A DNA stretch of 63,680 nt, the filler included, from Reticulomyxa filosa (taxonomy: Eukaryota > Protista > Foraminifera), in the NCBI GenBank assembly GCA_000512085.1. It is 22 parts of 22 records of this genome, joined end to end, with 100 filler letters (N's around TTAATTAATTAA, not from the genome) between each part and the next. Parts side by side here need not be neighbours in the genome. Positions count along the whole stretch, not along the records: positions 60,978 to 62,243 come from ASPP01023072.1; positions 62,344 to 63,680 come from ASPP01011860.1; 20 more parts are not named here. One strand, written 5' to 3'. The position numbers were made by a program, and so were the translations under genes. The number at the start of each line of letters is the position of its first letter. Position 1 is the stretch's first letter. Shown piece by piece: positions 60,994 through 63,680 of this stretch. The notes below the pieces were generated by a model that saw nothing but the letters and a program-made list of their open reading frames with translations, had not been told where the DNA came from and ran no database searches.

Positions 60994-62243
60994 TTGAAAT
61001 TTGGAGCCAATTACTTATTGATTGAAAACATTGACTACATTTTTAAAAAGGACAAAATGAAGGAATTGGAATCTCAAAACAAAGCACAAAAAGAAATGCC
61101 AAAAATAGAAGAAGAAAAACATGAAAAAATAGAGGAATGTTTGAAATGGTGGAAAGAGCTGAATGACAAAGACAAACTCGAAATCATGGAAATATTTGAA
61201 AAACAATCAAAAGAACAATTTATGACATGGTTGAAATCAAAATACAAAACGGTTGTTCCATCAATGGTTTTATTTGGATTGGATTATACACATTCATTCC
61301 ATTTTTCTGTTTCCAATGTATGTCACTCTATTCTTTTTTTTTGAAAGTATTTTAAATCAAATGTTCATTGATTTGAAATACAGAGAGATGAAGATAAACA
61401 GGAAGACGAAGATAAAAAAGAAGATGACACTCGAGTTTTATATTCTTTGCACATTTCTGTTTTGTTTTTTTTTTTTGAAATGATACCATAATTATGTTTG
61501 AGTTTGTTTTGATGAGAAAGAAGAAAATGGCACACGTGCAATTGGATTCTACAGCCACAAAATGTATATATTTAAGTCAGCTGACACACTCTGAGTTGTG
61601 TGATAAAATTTGCAAAGTACTTGATCGCTCTACTTTAGAAATGATGGCAAAAATGCAATTTCTTATGCAAATTATTGGCACAGATCGTGCGAAATTGATT
61701 GAAACAGACGAAGATGTTATTCAAACTTTTAAAACATCAAAGCAGCCATTGTTTCAATTGAGTTGGAAACCTTCACTCTCTGCCAATTTAAACACTACTG
61801 TTCGTGTGGTTAGAAATGCTTTGGTGGTAATGATTGGGATTAGTGAGTATGCTGACAACAGTAGGTGGTCTAATCTTCCCAATATCGAAGAAAAAGATAT
61901 TGTGAATTTCAAAAATCTATTTGAAAAGGAATTGAATTACGACTTTGTTCATAATCAAGAAGCTCGTATGACAAAAGAAGGCGTCAAAGATTTTTTTTCT
62001 AATTTGATGCTTAGTCGCGAACTGCATAAAAACTCCATGAATTATGATGCTTTGATTGTCATTTTATGTGCACATGGAGATAAAGGAGATGTACTGATCT
62101 CAAGTGATGGAAAAGGAGTTTCCATTGATGAAATACGTCATTCTTTTGATTGTAATCGTCTTGAAGCATTCAAAGACTGTCCGAAAATATTCATTGTGGA
62201 CATAAATCGTGGAGATAATACCCCAAGGTCTTATGAAATGATT
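60994..62243 (+). CDS. Caspase-like (peptidase C14) protein, catalytic Cys replaced; truncated
   Basis: RNALVVMIGISEY, YDALIVILCAHG (His 62073-62075), PKIFIVDINRG where ACRG is expected. Confidence 0.85.
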
Positions 62244-62454
62244 NNNNNNNNNNNNNNNNNNNNNNNNNNNNNNNNNNNNNNNNNNNNTTAATTAATTAAN
62301 NNNNNNNNNNNNNNNNNNNNNNNNNNNNNNNNNNNNNNNNNNNTAAATATATATATATATATGTACATATATATATGTATATATATATATATATATGTAT
62401 ATATTTATATATGTATTATATGTCAACAATCTATCATCTACCTATGAGTGGGTG

Positions 62455-63560
62455 AAAAATATTGTTCCAAGTTCAATCCATGCTTCACCTCTTCGTTTTC
62501 GGCAATGGTCGAATTGACATTTGTCGTGTGCTGTGTTTCTTGCTATACACAGGACAGGATGTGATAAACCCATCCAAACCAAACAACAACAAATACACGT
62601 GTTTGGAAAAAGTCAACACACGAGAAAGAGCAAGGAATATTACGCGATCTTAACTTCAAACAGTTCGGAGTAATAGCCTTCCGATACCGACCTTTGGTGT
62701 CTCACACGCGGAGTGAGCGAAGACTGTGGGAACATTTCCAATTGGTGTTTGGACTGCACATTTTGGGATGACTTTTGGTTGTTTAGTTTCAGCAAGTACT
62801 CCACATCGCTGTCCACTCCCACGGGCTGTCCATACTTTAACTCAAAGTTGTAATTTTTGGGCCGCTCTTCTTGGGCGAAAGATATCTTGGTGGCTTCAAA
62901 CGCCGTGCTTTGATCCGCACTATTGGCATTTTTCTGCAAGCGTTCAAAGTCAATGTCCACGGATTGAGCCAGCTTGCTACTTTCAAACGTGCTGGTGAGA
63001 TTGGTAACTGCGGGTTTTGGGTGGGGTTGGGATTGTGGCTGCGAAGAAGTACTTTGATCGGTTGTAATGTCAAAGTCGACACCAATTACTTCATTTTTCA
63101 CACTGACAAAATGATAACTACTGTGCTCATCTTTATCATTGTCATTATCGTTGTCGTTGTTTGGTGATGTTTGGATATCGAAATCAACCCCAAACACATC
63201 GGATTTGACGGTTTCAAAAGGTTGGCTTTGGACTTGTCTCCACTTGGTTTCGTCCATTTCCACGGAATGAGACACAACACTGCTTTGGAAATCACTCGGC
63301 GTGCTTGTCGGTTTCAGATCAAAGTCCACACCGCTGGTGGACAGCTTGACATCCACAAAGTCGTACTTTGCCTCCGTCTCCGGACTTATCAACAAGTGCG
63401 GCATTTCCGTTGCGCGGTACTCGGTCACAAACAGTTTCAATTCCTCCCCATCGCTCGTCTTCACTTCGTTTTCTTTCGCTTCTTCCAAGCTGACCAAGTT
63501 CCTTGTTTTCAGCGCACTCAAGAGTTGAGCCATATCTTGTTCATTCAATCCCTGGTTATC
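62455..63560 (-). CDS. Hypothetical protein with internal F-x2-VK-x4-GVDFD repeats (partial)
   Basis: 302-aa open exon with FVDVKLSTSGVDFDL, FETVKSDVFGVDFDI and FVSVKNEVIGVDFDI. Confidence 0.6.
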
Positions 63561-63680
63561 TTTGCAAACTTTTTTTTTTTTTTTAGAAAAAAAAAAAAAG
63601 GGTAATTATTTATATGTAGGGAAAGCAACAACATAAATATATATGTATATAAAACATATATGAGTAAAAAAAAAAAAAAA

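Noticed and set aside
8195-62343. Regularly recurring TTAATTAATTAA flanked by N runs (CRISPR-like or chromosome-breakage-signal-like)
   Set aside because: Identical 100-nt synthetic linkers with six-frame stops; an assembly concatenation artefact.

Overview
This window is not one locus. It is 22 short contigs joined by 21 artificial 100-nt spacers (N44-TTAATTAATTAA-N44, stops in all six frames), so adjacency across spacers means nothing. Twenty-one contigs are AT-rich, intron-rich eukaryotic DNA with homopolymer and microsatellite runs. Their gene families (TRAF/RING zinc-finger proteins, WD40 relics, caspase-like proteins, 7TM proteins, many pseudogenes) suggest a rhizarian protist, most likely a foraminiferan like Reticulomyxa filosa (inference). 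One contig (16399-18366) is GC-rich and bacterial, with a tRNA-Met(CAT), a sigma70 promoter and three genes. Recognisable genes include a MaoC-type hydratase with a PTS2 signal, a POLE3/CHRAC17-like histone-fold protein, a GPCR-PIPK fusion, nicalin, CorA, VPS4, an ABCC transporter, proteasome alpha (PSMA7-type), BTB-BACK, a PPIE-type RRM, importin alpha and a caspase-like protein. The most notable signal is a multi-exon minus-strand gene (3503-6109) that the ORF track breaks into fragments. Spliced by hand, it has the architecture of a nuclear lamin: CDK-site head, intermediate-filament rod with start and end motifs, NLS and lamin-tail domain, but apparently no CaaX. All calls come from motif recognition by eye; no searches were run and exon boundaries are my own inferences.
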